Below, in pieces: positions 11,586 through 24,649 of a stretch of DNA of 64,000 nt; within the stretch, counting starts at the first letter, position 1, and each line of letters starts with the position of its first letter. The notes beneath the pieces are model-generated. The model saw only the letters and a program-made list of their open reading frames with translations. It ran no database searches and was not told the DNA's origin. The stretch is from NCBI RefSeq assembly GCF_964204645.1, contig NC_134025.1, positions 12,834,001 through 12,898,000 of the forward strand, written 5' to 3'. Source of the DNA: Tubulanus polymorphus (taxonomy: Eukaryota > Animalia > Nemertea). The translations under genes were made by a program, and so were the position numbers.

Positions 11586-13540
11586 AAACGCTACACTACC
11601 CCCCTCCAGCTCTGGACGTCCTCGTCCAGAAAATAATTACATTATATGACAATTTAATTAAAACTTCTTCAGAATATTACAAAATTCACATTCTACCTTG
11701 CTTCCAACCGGATAAACTAATACAAATCCCCCCCCCCCCCCAAAAACATCTCTCCAACGTGCCGATGCTCAACCATCTTCCTTCTCGGGTCGGACGTAAC
11801 GTAACCGGTATCAATGGAATCGTCCATGGCCTTGCGTCTCGATTTTCTTTTCTAATGGTCTTCTGTGGGCTGTTAAAAGGACTCACACTTGGTGTTACGA
11901 CTGATGTTTCTTCCTGCCAGTTTCCGGTTATATCTAAAAGTTCGTCAATTGAGATTTCTGGTAACTTCTGTAACGGGTTCTGGTTGAGTTATTTTAGCGT
12001 CTGTTGGTACTTTTTGTATTATCGAACGAGGAATTGATGGTAATAATTCGCGATCATATCGTTCCGTCGGTTCTACTGTGCGTATAAATCTGCCTGAATG
12101 TCCTTTGACTGCATTCAGATCTTTTGGATGAATTTTTTCGACGTGCTCTTTTAGCAGGCTCACTCTGTGTGAATTGAATTCACCCACTTCTGACACCAAT
12201 TGTAGCGGAAAACGGGGGCAAGGCGGTGCTGCCCTCTCTCTTCGAATATGGTGGTCGTTCTTCTGCTCGTCTCATAAATTCTTCGATATAATCGGCAACC
12301 ATCTAATTTGTCAGGATGTCTAAACAGGTAAAAATCGTATCTTCTAAGCCCGCTACGGAGTTCGCTCACGTCGAATGATTTCTGGTAGTGAAATCAAAAA
12401 GGGAAATAACTAATATCTCGCCGCAAGGGATGATCCTCATGAGAAACCGAGAGAGATAAATATTTTAAAATAGCCATGATATGAAAATTCTAATCTAGAG
12501 TATACAGATCGTGCACACCGAGCACGAATAACCTATTTTCCGGTATACGCTTATCCTCTGCAACATGTCTCTTACATGCCCGTAAGGCACACAGCATATA
12601 ATCGGGTTGGCCACCCCGAATTATACCTGGATCTACCCTACATTCGACCGGTCTTTAGAATAATCTCGTAACCCTCACTTCATACTAATGTCAGTCCAAA
12701 ATTCTACCATAGATTCTCCCTCCTCATGGGCTGTAGGCTCTAAGTCCCTACTAAATAGTCCTCTGCTATTCGTCTCCACCGTGGCATTTTACCACCGATA
12801 AAAATAAATCTATCTTAAAACGGCCTGATACATAAAGAATTGTTCCTCAGTCCTTGTTAAGATTCTGACAATCACTAATAGACTAGTCTAAAGCTGCATA
12901 TGAAATACTGTATGAAATTATTATTAACGATTTATAATACTCTAATAATTAGAGTACACAATATTTATATATTTACAAATCTACATTATTCCTAATAAAA
13001 TATCGCTCCATTCAAAATCTAATTCGTTTCTTTATATATAGTAGCGTAGTGTTAAACTGTCTAAATATCCTGTATTTAAAAATAAAGACAAACGTACGAC
13101 TGAGGTACGACGATACGTCTTTTACTAACGCATATAACTAAGGGACTAAGATCTTAATAAATATACCAGCAGAGCAAGCTGTCGATCACGATAATCGTAA
13201 AAACGATAAAAGGAGACGGCTATATGTAACTGAATAAATATTATCGTTGAATTGATCACAGCGAACCAACTACGTGAATGGTCGGTCAGCCCGGCCAAAG
13301 ACCGGAGCTGACCTACAAACCAACTAATGCCTACCAGGGGCCGGTTTCACAAAGCGTAATTAACCCTTAATTATGATTAAATCACTAATCATGATTAAAT
13401 TATCATGATTAAATTAAGTTAGGTGTTTCACAAAACGTAATTATCTTTAATTATAATTAAGTTAATTACAAAATTTAATTCTCCTCTAAGGTGTAATTAA
13501 ACCATTTAATCATGATTAGTATCTAGGAAGGTTTATCAAG

Positions 13541-14891
13541 ATGGCTGCTGCGATTATTTATGAACGTTTATTTGTTGGTCAACAAAGGCAATTCAGACAC
13601 AGATTCGAATTCATTAATTCACTTAACGATGAGGAACTTAGACAGCGTTATAGATTCGGGAGAAGGGGAATCGATTTTATCCACGATATAGTCAAAAACG
13701 ATTTGGAAAGGCAAACAAGGCGATCACACGCAATTGATTCAAAAGTTCAACTATTGATAGCCCTTAGGTATTATGCCACTGGAGCTTTCATGAACGAGAT
13801 CGGGGATTCCTTTGGCGTGTCCAAAGCCACAGTTTCCCGTTCAATAACTGATGTGACAAATGCCCTCTGCCAACGGAGAAATGCATTTATACGATGGCCT
13901 ACTACCGCTGAAGAAATAGCAGTAAACAAAGAGAAATTCCATGAAATTGCTGGGTTTCCTGGTGTCATTGGGGCTGTTGACGGGACCCATATTCGAATTC
14001 AGCGTCCTGCCATAGATGAACCTGTTTATATAAACAGAAAACGCTACCCGTCAATCAATGTACAAGCTATCAATTACAGCGCAGGTGAGTTATGTTTTAT
14101 ATTTGTTCCGATTGTACGATGTTATTTTTTCAAATCAACCTTTCATTTTACCTTTCATTATATAGGCCTCATAAGAAAATATTTTTAATAAGTCAAACCT
14201 TGAAAATCTAAATAAGCCCATTCTAATTGTAGGCAAGTTTATAAATGTTGTTGCCGCCTGGCCAGGATCTACCCATGATTCTCACATATTCCGAACTTCG
14301 CAAATTGGACAGTAAGTTTATATAGGCTATAGGCAGGGAGTCGGTGTTAATTGAATCGCATGAATATACCAACAATGATTTTTGTATTAGGTACCTCGAA
14401 GAAAACCATAGAGGAATTGAGGTAGATGGTATACTTTTAGGTGATAGTGGCTATGCCTGCCGACCATACCTCTTGACACCTTTCCTCAACCCAGCTGGAG
14501 CACAACAAGAAAGGTAAGCAATGTGAAAACCGGTAGACCTTATGTTTCTTAAACAAAGAACGGTATTTCGATCTTATTTATAATTTTTTCTGTTTCTTTT
14601 TCAAAATACAATATAGCTCACGAACGCACACGATCCACAATAGAACGCGTATTTGGGGTGACAAAAAGGCAATTTCACCTCCTCCATGGAGAGATACGCC
14701 TTGAACCAGCTAAGGCGTGTAAGATGTTTGTCGCATGTGCCATACTCCACAATATAGCAATCATGTTGAATGAACCAGCTGTAGCCGCTGAACGAGAAGA
14801 TCCTGATGACGCCGGTGATGTAGGCCAAATCTACAATGGACCAGATATTGGAAAGGCTTTCAGAGATCATTTTGTACAGACGCATTTCTAA
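13541..14891 (+). CDS. Harbinger (HARBI1-like) DDE transposase, 4 exons
   Basis: [44 protein letters not shown]. Exons about 13541-14084, 14233-14311, 14391-14513, 14605-14891; the last acceptor appears mutated (CAA). Confidence 0.9.
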
Positions 14892-16617
14892 CACCACACT
14901 AATCAACATAATTTATTTTGTATAAACAGCTAATCATTTTAATAATATGACACAGTTAAACAAACAAATGATAACACTTTTCTGATATTTACAATGTTTT
15001 TCATTAAAGATTGATAACGTAAGACTGAGGCTGTTTATTCTTCTGAAACTTCTATCGTTGCTCCTGTTGACTTCTGCAGTGCGATAATTTCCAGTTGAAG
15101 TTTAGCATTCTCTAGTATGCGATTTTGCTTTTCTAGCTTCAAACATTCAACTTGCAGTTGTAGCCGCTCACAATCCAGCTTGATACGTTTCCTGTCCTCT
15201 ATAAGGTTTCCTACACTGCTCCCGCGTTACGTCTCCTGCAGATCTTTTGGGTGATGATCGAAATGAAGATGAAGCCTTTGATGAGGATGGGACTGATGGG
15301 GCATTGGGTGGAGGCGAACTTATCATGTCGTCAGCCACGTCATTGAACGAATGTTCCTCAATGAGACTTGAATCTGAAAATAGAAATAGTCGATATTAAG
15401 AATATTTGACTAAAGATTTGTATTTTTTTATATATCTCAGTGGAACAATAAAACTATATTCTCAATCCAATCCTTTTTATATTCCCGGGGATATGAATTC
15501 AAATGACTGAATCAATTATTTGTATTCATATAATAAGCATTTCATAGAACTTCTTTGCACTGTGATTTGAAGTTGTATGTAACAATCTGATTGATTAATT
15601 CAGCCCATTTACAGTCATGCTACTACTACTAGATTTTTAGTAACAATACAGTAAGGCACCGAGGAGGGTACACTGAGCAGTGCTTAAAGCTCTATGAGTT
15701 AAATGTTGGAATTAATTGTGATTACACTCGGGATTTAATTAATACACTCAAAACTTTGCAAAGGCAAACGCTTATGGTACGGATATAGTTCATAAAACTT
15801 CCGATAGAGGTGAGTTTGCGAAATTTCCCAGCTCAAAATTGTTTTAGACCAAGTGACAACTTGACACCCCTTCAAGTGCCAGTGGACCACACTAAATGCA
15901 CCCCTATTTAGGCTATAGGCTATCTAAATGGATCCATTTGTCTTGAAAGCTCATGGGGAAGCTGCCAGACGACAAAATCATAGCCTACATGATGACGGTT
16001 TCTTAAACCACGAATCCCTTCAATAAAGAATCAAATTGTTCATTTAAAATCAAATAAAGATTTTCGTACTTACACGTATCATCATTCTGCTGAGCATCAT
16101 TCAGTAGTTCTATACCTACACCAGTTTCCAGTCCACCGCTTATACCACTGAAATTTGGCTTTTCGTGCATAAAATCGACGATCATTTGGCTCGTTTCATC
16201 CAAATTAGATGGCGGTGGTCCACCTCCAGTGACTGAAGTCTGTCGTTTCTGGTCACTTCTGGCTCTCTTGGCCTTCATCTGAAGATTGTTCCACAGAGTT
16301 TTCACTCACAGTTCTTGACTCAATAGAGAATTTCGTTATCTCTAACGCCATTTTTCTCGGGGTTGCCAATGACCACTAGATGGCGCTTAATAGTCACCTA
16401 GACGATTGAATCTTCATCTACGACTTAATGATCATTTGAGGTAAGTATCGAGCAACTGATTTATAATCAGTGAGTTATTATCATTCTTAGGGTGCTATAG
16501 ACTTACCTTATCGCATCCGTAGGCCTGAGAAATATCCTATTGTTTCGCGAAATGTGCGTATATTTCGAGCGGCTGCCAACCATTTTAGTTCAAAGTTCAT
16601 ATGCAGTGGCGCTCCTA

Positions 16618-17817
16618 ATGTCTATTTATTAATGTATGAGACCTGTTTTTTCGCGATATCTTGCTTAGTATTTGTAGTACATACCTCATTTAGGTCTTAT
16701 CGTGACCACAAAAGTCGCGGACGACATATGAATATCCGATATTTTATCCGTTTATCACCGCTTAGAAGGATTGGTAAGAAGTGTAGGAAATCGCATCTTA
16801 AATCGGCGAAAACAACCGCCATGTTCGTCTTTTTCCGGCTCATGCATATGCTAATGAGCGTTTTTAGTCATGTGATCTGGGCGAGTTTATTTTTTGCGGG
16901 TTGGTTAGGTTATGCAAACACGTGTGGCTAGCTACCATTTTGCCGCCAACTCTGAGTCTGAAGAACTCCCGAACTCTCGTAAAATGCCGTTTTTTTTAGT
17001 CGGGATTGGCAAGAAATCACTTTTGTACGTCTTAGACTGAAGCGTAAGCGTGAGTACAATTACCACGTAGTGTTATTTAAGATGATTCGCTTTTTGTAAA
17101 GAAATTGGTAACGCTTTGAAAAACCGCACATATCTTCGATCCCGTAGCATGGATGGATGATGAAGGGAACCAACCGCACCGCGCTCTCCTCGTGTGCGCG
17201 GCGCGGGGGGAGGTACACAACGCCTAATGTTGCTCTCTGTCGGAAATGCTCAATAAGGTAAGTCATGGACAGTAACCCTTCATTCAGCTAGTTCGAAATG
17301 AATTAAAGACCTAATGCGCAGTTGCTTTTTTTAGTTGAACTGAATTTTTGGGAAGAGAGTTCATGGTCCGTCCCGCAGTTTTCATCAATCATGGCTGAAT
17401 ATGTAGGTAGTTGGAAAGGAAAGTAGGACATGGACATGGAGTGGAGGTAGATCAAACTTTTTATTTACACAATAACTAGTCCACATATAAGTCGTACTTG
17501 TTGGACCCAATCAAATTTATTGAACTTACCCGATGTACGGCTTATAGATAAGTTGAATATTTTCGATTTTTATGAAATTTACTTAGGTTAAAAACCGGAC
17601 CAATGGCAATGCATACTGAAAAAGCAATTTCTGCGAGTTTCACTGAATACCATTCACTGTCCTACCGGTTTTCAAACTAATCCTATTGGATTGTTCATGT
17701 AACATTTTCATTTCAGAGTGTGTTCAAGGAGCTTTGCAAGATTACCCAACATTGTTGAATGGTTTTTGGTCTGTCAGATAATTCAAATGCGCATGACATT
17801 GAACGTGGTCAAGAAAT
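16618..17817. mobile_element. Unclassified 1.2-kb insertion in the left ISL2EU TIR
   Basis: Flanked by duplicated TA (16616-17, 17818-19). Removing it restores GGCGCTCC-TA-GGAGAGTGAC as in the right TIR. No TIR or ORF recognised. Confidence 0.7.
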
Positions 17818-19829
17818 TAGGAGAGTGACTATGGGAAGCCGTAAAGGCCAAAATATATTCAATTCAATTTAACTTTACTGTTATTTTTCAAGACCCGAAT
17901 GTAATCAAATAAATTACTGAAATAACAATGAAACATATGGCTAAGAGCCATGGCTCAATAGATTAGGGCTACAAAAGATATCACAAGTCTCTGATCTAAC
18001 GTCCCAGCGGGGTTAGTTTTAACTGCCGGGTACCGGTACCACAGTTCTATTTTACGATGCCGTCACTGGGTATATTCAACCAGCCATTTCCAAGAGAGAG
18101 AATTAGGAACTTTTGAATCATGACTGATTTTAGATTAATCTGAACTTAGGCCTATAGTTTGAGCAATACGAGCCAGATCCGGGGTAGACATACGTGTACG
18201 GTACATGTATCAAACAGGGGATTCCTTATGGCCATAAAACCAAACAAATGTGTTGAAAATAAAAATGTTTTATTATTTAATTAAGGTTAAGGAAACCAAA
18301 TCCTTTGAAAACCAATTTCAACGCTAAAATTTATAATTCGATATACAATTCACAGCTAATAAATATTTACAGTAGGGCCTAACAGTTAATAGGCCAGGCC
18401 TAATTAATAAGCCTATTCGAAATAAAGTTATTATTTATTATTAAATAACTTTATTTTAGGTAGAATTAAATTAACACAGTTTATCATATCATTATTCGTA
18501 GTAATTATTGAATTAGTACACACAGATATTGTTTCAAAAATTAATTAATAACAACATGATCCTTAATTTAAGAGCAAAGTGCGCGCTTGACATTTGATAT
18601 TTCCAGGCAAACAATAACTACATCATCCATTAAAGGAACGGTTTTGACCCTTAGCGTATTGATACGCCGGTCACAATCCTCTTTTTAATCGTTATCTATA
18701 AAATACTTGAGTAAGGCCCTGGCGAGAGAACGTGTCCGTGCACAAATCCGAATGAATAAATTGAAATAACGGATGATAATATTGAACATAATATATTTTA
18801 TTTACCTTGAACAAAGAATGATTTTCCTAATCCCTATTGTATATGAATCCCTATCGTTCCGAAGCTTCTCCTGTCCTGCTGTCGACACTCGTCTTACTAA
18901 GGTACAGATTCTCTCGATTGACTGCTCTCTCAAGATGCGGGTCCCTTTTATAGAAAGAATCGGCATTCTTAAAATACCGACTCTCCCACTCGACTTTTGG
19001 CAAGGAGCAGCAACCTTACTGTCATGACTGTTTTGGTCATATAGAATTTGGCCTTAATGATTCGCTGATCTAAAATTATTTTCAAAACTGATTTGCTAAT
19101 ATAAACTTTTTCTTCCAACCCTCCTGTCATGATGCGTTGTGATTTACTCACTCCTTGCTAGTCGTTGTTGAGAGAGCAGCTATTGTCTGTGAATTACCAA
19201 CGAGCGCATACAGACAACAGAAACTTCAGACAGCTAGTTTTAACATTTAACACAAATTAATTTTCTTAAAACTTTAGCGATTATAGAGACTTTGTTCTCA
19301 TTTAACATCTAGGATATTCAAATTAAATATCTTTTCAAAACTTTGTTTTCTTTTCTAATTACAGTACAAATTCATTGTTTCTTTTTTAATTATTATAATT
19401 AACTACGATTCGGAATACATTGTGATTGATTATCAATTCTTAAATTATTTGAAATACTTATACTAATTATTTTATCTACAATTTAACTAATTCTATTTTA
19501 ATACAGGATAAGCAAAACAACCACATCTTCCTAAACTTCCGGTTTTTCCTTTTACGGAAAGTAGCCGGGAATATCATCAAGTATCAGCGTGATCCCTTCA
19601 CGAGCCTCATTATAAATACACTCTATTGTTCCGACCCAACCAAATATGGTTCCAACTATTCAAAAGTTTTATATAAAGATTTTCTGAATGTTTGCCAGAT
19701 CTCACAGCAGAAGAACCGAGAAAGAATTGTTGTTTATAGACTGATTTATGGTTTGCGTTGGTAGATGAAAGCATCAAACAAGAACTTTCGTAATTCTTAC
19801 TACTAGTACGTTCTTGTCTGACGGCTTTA

Positions 19830-21154
19830 ACGTAACCCCTACGCATACGGAAACAACATTAAGAACATTTCTAAATACTACGAAATATTTTCAAATACTA
19901 CGAAAATCTAGCTGTGGATCAGTATTCTTTAAAATTCTGAAATTCTTCATCCGCCCTATAGCTTGCTCAACATATATCCGGATGTTTGCAATTCGGGATG
20001 TAGTTTTCACTGAATCATTGGTCATCTGTGCATTATGATAAACACTCGGGGGGGATTGCTAACGTTGCGTCTTGACATTAAAATTTCCTGAACTTTGAAA
20101 CCTCGGTCGGCCATTATTTCGGCGTGTGGTTCAATGAAGTCGAGAATACCGCAATCAGTGAATATATATTCATCACTAGCACGACCTCCGTAGCAAGGCG
20201 AAACGTACGATATCAATCCATTTGGAGTAATGGCAATCAAAAACTTTATCGTATTAGAATGGTTGTAGTCGCTCCAAGTAGCTGCTTGTAGGTCGAGCGC
20301 TGTTGGCGTTTCAATAGAAATTTCAGTGCAGTCCACGATACACCTTGTATGCGGATAAAACTGAACAAATGCAGCTGGTAGAAGAGCTTTGGTTTGATTC
20401 TTTGAAGGCCAGATAATGATACATGATAATTCAAGCCTCATTAGACGTATCCACGTTGAAAATATCGAGCTAACGGCAGAAATTGATACGTTGAAACGGT
20501 GCGATAAATCACGAACCAATAACCCCAGACGTAAACGCATCAAAACCATGAAATATTCATCTTCGAGGATTAGTTTTCTCCTTCTACCCATCTTATTGTT
20601 CGACAGAGTTTCTCTTGTTTGACCACCTCTCCAATAAACCATACAGGCAGCTTTTTCAGACAAGAAATTAAAAATAGTTTTCAAAGTTGCCCGATTATCG
20701 AAACCGGTTAAGAACTTTACGTCAACATCCCGCGTCATCTCATCAAATGCGACGCACGATGTCAGGCTCATCGTGTTCCCATCACCTGAACCGTCTACCG
20801 CAACACCCGTATATATCGGCTGCGTTGTCGTCTTCTTACTAATCACCGAACGTGAACAATCTCTATTTTTTCGCTTCTTTGGCATATTTTGTTCCTCGTT
20901 TGTAACGTATGGATAAGGGTTGATATCGGTCGGCCTCCCATCGATGAAATGATTTGAGCAGACCTTCGACGTCACTGTTAGCTGCTTACCCATTTTTTTC
21001 TAGTGCGGTTTTACAGTGATTCACAAATGTTGGATCATTGCGTCGAACAATGTCGTAATATATCAATTTTCCATCTACATGAGGTTTTTCTTATCTCTGA
21101 GAACGGATAATTTCTTGCGTATTCACAAAAACAGCAATTGTCATATTTCCCCAT
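19830..21154 (-). pseudogene. THAP + HTH + DDE_Tnp_4 transposase of ISL2EU
   Basis: MGKYDNC...VCSNHF (THAP); LMRLRLGL...DL..RF; CIVDCTE; GGRASD; MADRGF; RIYVEQAIGRMK. Frameshifts near both ends. Confidence 0.88.
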
Positions 21155-21230
21155 CTGTAAATAAACGTAATACACATGTTAGTTATGAAAGCTTCTTAAT
21201 TTGAAAAATTGATTTTATTTTCATTTCAGA

Positions 21231-23033
21231 ATGGCTGAGATCCAGGGATACGATGATTTTGTCAAATTGACTGTAGACAAATTAAAATCGTATTTATGCG
21301 CTCGCGGTTTAAGGACGACGGGCACGAAAGCTGAATTGGTCGCAAGATGCTTTTGTGCATGGGAAAATAAAACTCCACTTAAAATAAGCGACGTCCAAAT
21401 CGAGAAAAAACTAATCGATGATTACAACCTTACGCTAATAAAGGCAGAACTCGACAACCAGCACGAACCGAAATCAACATCGAATTGGTCCACCGATATG
21501 AGAAATTGGACCATGCTGAACATAGGACAGATATTCAAATTCATCCTTGAACACATAGATTACAATATCGATTACATCGGAAAGTACAAAACCATGAAGG
21601 CCTATTCCTACTTTGCAAGCGGATACGTCGGACCAATCATGTATGAATTAATTAATTTATCTATTCCAATCATCGTATATAAATCAACAGTAACACCTTC
21701 GCAGAAAATCAACGATAGTCCTCATAACGTTTGGATATCTTGTGATCGCCAGACTAGTGATATAAAGGCAGCGTGGTGCAGTTGCACAGCAGGTTATGGA
21801 GAGACGTGCAATCATGTAATCGCAGTACTTAATAAACTTAATCATGCTAGTGAAAATTTTCTAAATGATAAATCATGTACGGAGGAAGGATGCGCGTGGA
21901 ACAATCAAGCCAGAAAACAGATCAAACCAATGAGAGTTAGTGATATGAATTTCAGAACTGATGCGGTAGCCTTGAATTATGATGTAAACGACGATGATGA
22001 GATTGATGAAAACGATACTACGCCAGTTATTTCGAGAAAGAACTTTGATCCGAGAACACCACAACATAGAGTGATTGACGAAACAAGATTAGCGTCACTA
22101 TATGAATATCTGCATACTACAGCACCTAGATCAGTACTTGTCTCGGTATTGTCATTGCGAAACAACTCACAGATAGCACCTGCACTTCCACCAACTATTC
22201 AGGAAATAATTGATAATGAAGAGGATTGTAAAATAATTGAAACGATTATTTCAATATCTAATGCGCAAATTGAAGCACTTGAGGGCGCAACAAGAGGACA
22301 ATCTTCATCGAATATGTGGAAAATTCATCGAATTGGCAGAATTACTGGCTCCGTGTGCCATAACGTATACACCAAGGTGCGTACTTGAACGATTATCATC
22401 ATTGCTCAATCATAGGCTCATTGATTATAATGAAAAACTATCATTTCATTCAAGGTCAACACAATGTTGCGATCAAGGGCAGCAGATGTCGACTGCGAAA
22501 ATCTTCTCTTCCGAATTTGTACGGCTGGCCCTTCATTAGCTTCTGTTCCGGCTGTAATTTGGGGAAATGAAAAAGAGGAAGAAGCAAAAGCGAAGTTCCT
22601 TTCGACGATGAAAGATAGGGGCCATGTCGATTGTTCTATATCGACATGTGGTATGTTTTGCGACAAACAGAAGCCCTATATTGCTGCGTCCCCAGATGCG
22701 ATTTTCGAGTGCAAATGTTGTGGGAAGTTTGTCGTGGAAATTAAATGCCCGTATTCGATAAGAGGAAAAAACATTCTAGAGAACTATCAACAGACGTCAT
22801 ATCTGGTTATGAACGGTGGTCAAATTCAACTGAATCGCAGCAGTAACTACGACAGTCAAATCAACTGCGAAATGAAAGTGACGGGTATATCGGCGTGTTT
22901 CTTCGTTGTGTGGACGGGTCATGATCTGTTCATTGAACAAATTTCATTTGACAATGATTTATGGGAGAGAATCGAAACGAATTCGGCAATATTTTTCAAA
23001 GACAAGATCATACAATATCTCAAAAGGAAGTGA
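21231..23033 (+). pseudogene. SAP-SWIM-YqaJ (lambda exonuclease-like) accessory gene of ISL2EU
   Basis: LKSYL.ARGL.TTG.KAEL (SAP), CSCTAG..ETCNH (SWIM), TRGQS...W...R.GRITGS, AASPD, EIKCP. Split at about 22388-22464 by a frameshift or small intron. Confidence 0.88.
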
Positions 23034-24649
23034 AAAAGCCATGTACGGATGAAGCGATCACTAGCTACGACGATGCCAAATGTAGGAATTATATGTATAT
23101 ATATAGCTAGAATATAATTTTGTACAGCCCAACAGATTATTTGAACCTGTATTTTTCAATTTTGTTGTACAGTGTATATTTTAATTTATTATGTACATAC
23201 ATGTACGTAGCTAATATTTCCCGACTGTAAATACCTTTAATAATAATTTTAATTGGTATGCCTAAAGTAAATACTACAATCTGTATAAAGCATTTCAATA
23301 GATAATATATTTGTTTTATATTTCAATCTGTAATTATTTCAATCAACTTTTATTAATCATATGTAAATGTTTTGATAAATTATTAAATTCGTCAATATCA
23401 TTTCCAATACGAGTTAAGATTTTTTCTGATTAAGTGACCGGCGGGGATTGTGAGCGGACTGGCTGGTGTCAAGACAAAGGATAACGAAAAAATCACGGGG
23501 TCGTCGTATACATTAAGCATGAATATTTAAACAAAAAACATCCATTTGAAAATGTCTAAAATAGCTAAATGAAATAGACATTCGGGCCAGCGGTGCACTT
23601 AGATCACTAATAACACTAAAGTTAAATTGAATTGAATATATTTTGGCCTTTACGGCTTCCCATAGTCACTCTCCTAGGAGCGCCACTGCATATGAACTTT
23701 GAACTAAAATGGTTGGCAGCCGCTCGAAATATACGCACATTTCGCGAAACAATAGGATATTTCTCAGGCCTACGGATGCGATAAGGTAAGTCTATAGCAC
23801 CCTAAGAATGATAATAACACACTGATTATAAATCAGTTGCTCGATACTTACCTCAAATGATCATGAAGTCGTAGATGAAGATTTAATCGTCTTTTACTAG
23901 GTGATTGTTAAGCGCCATCTAGTGGTCATTGGCAACCCCGAGAAAATGGCGTTAGAGATAACGAAATTCTCTATTCCGATTGAACATATTTTCTTTTGGA
24001 TATTTATCCAACATTCATTTTTTCTTTTTGCTGTCAAATTACTACTCAATTGACCGAATAGGATATCATATTTCTCCCTCACCAATTCCACATATTCTTT
24101 TCAGTTGAGTTGAAATTGGCTTTTCTTTTTTTAGGGAGCAAATCACGATCATTAGTACTTTCGGCCATTTTGAATATAGTATAACTAATTACATAATTAA
24201 GTTGCCTAATTATGTAATTAGTTAATTTTGTAATTAAAACCTTTCGTGAAACCGAATTTTAATTGTAATTAACTAATCATGATTAAGGAAATTTAATCAT
24301 GATTTAGGTCCTAATCATAATTAAAGTTAATTATGCTTTGTAAAACCGACCCCAGGTCTGTCAATTGTCAAACTGAGATGATGGGAGTCAACACGACCGG
24401 TAAAACAGTTAATATCGTTAAATAATGATTGACGGTTGACCCCTCAGCCTAGCGACCCACCCCGTTAGCCCAACAACTAGCATGACAACAAACGATAAGA
24501 TAAGATAAGATAATTTATTACTCTCCAACCATTTCCATGGTACGTGGAGGAAAAAAGATTTTGTTTACAAATATTTACATATCGAGAGAAAAATAAAAAA
24601 TATTTTAAAAACATAACAAGAGTATTTACAATATATACAAATACACAGA

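Larger units (their letters stand above)
16325..23972. mobile_element. ISL2EU-type DNA transposon with ~355-bp TIRs
   Basis: AT TSD (16323-24, 23973-74). Right TIR 23616-23972 is the inverse of 16325-16617 plus 17820-17877. Encodes a THAP-DDE transposase and a SWIM/YqaJ nuclease. Confidence 0.9.
15035..24168 (-). pseudogene. Myb/SANT-like accessory gene of Harbinger 1, disrupted by ISL2EU
   Basis: ATG at 24168; RKANF...KRKNECW..I...CSIGI|ESRT...KTLWNNLQMKAK...TGGGPPP rejoins across the 16325-23972 insertion. Final coiled-coil exon about 15375-15035. Confidence 0.85.
13338..24352 (+). mobile_element. PIF/Harbinger DNA transposon 1
   Basis: TIRs GGGCCGGTTTCACAAAGC / GCTTTGTAAAACCGACCC; CAG TSD (13335-13337, 24353-24355); TAATTA/ATGATTAA subterminal repeats; convergent transposase and Myb genes. 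Confidence 0.93.

Noticed and set aside
13541-14891. Domesticated host HARBI1 gene
   Set aside because: It lies within TIRs and a TSD, has a Myb partner and a damaged splice site, so it is a transposon copy.
17820-23674. Separate inner TA-TSD transposon defined by a 57-bp inverted repeat
   Set aside because: The repeat is the inner part of the ISL2EU TIR, displaced on the left by the 16618-17817 insertion.
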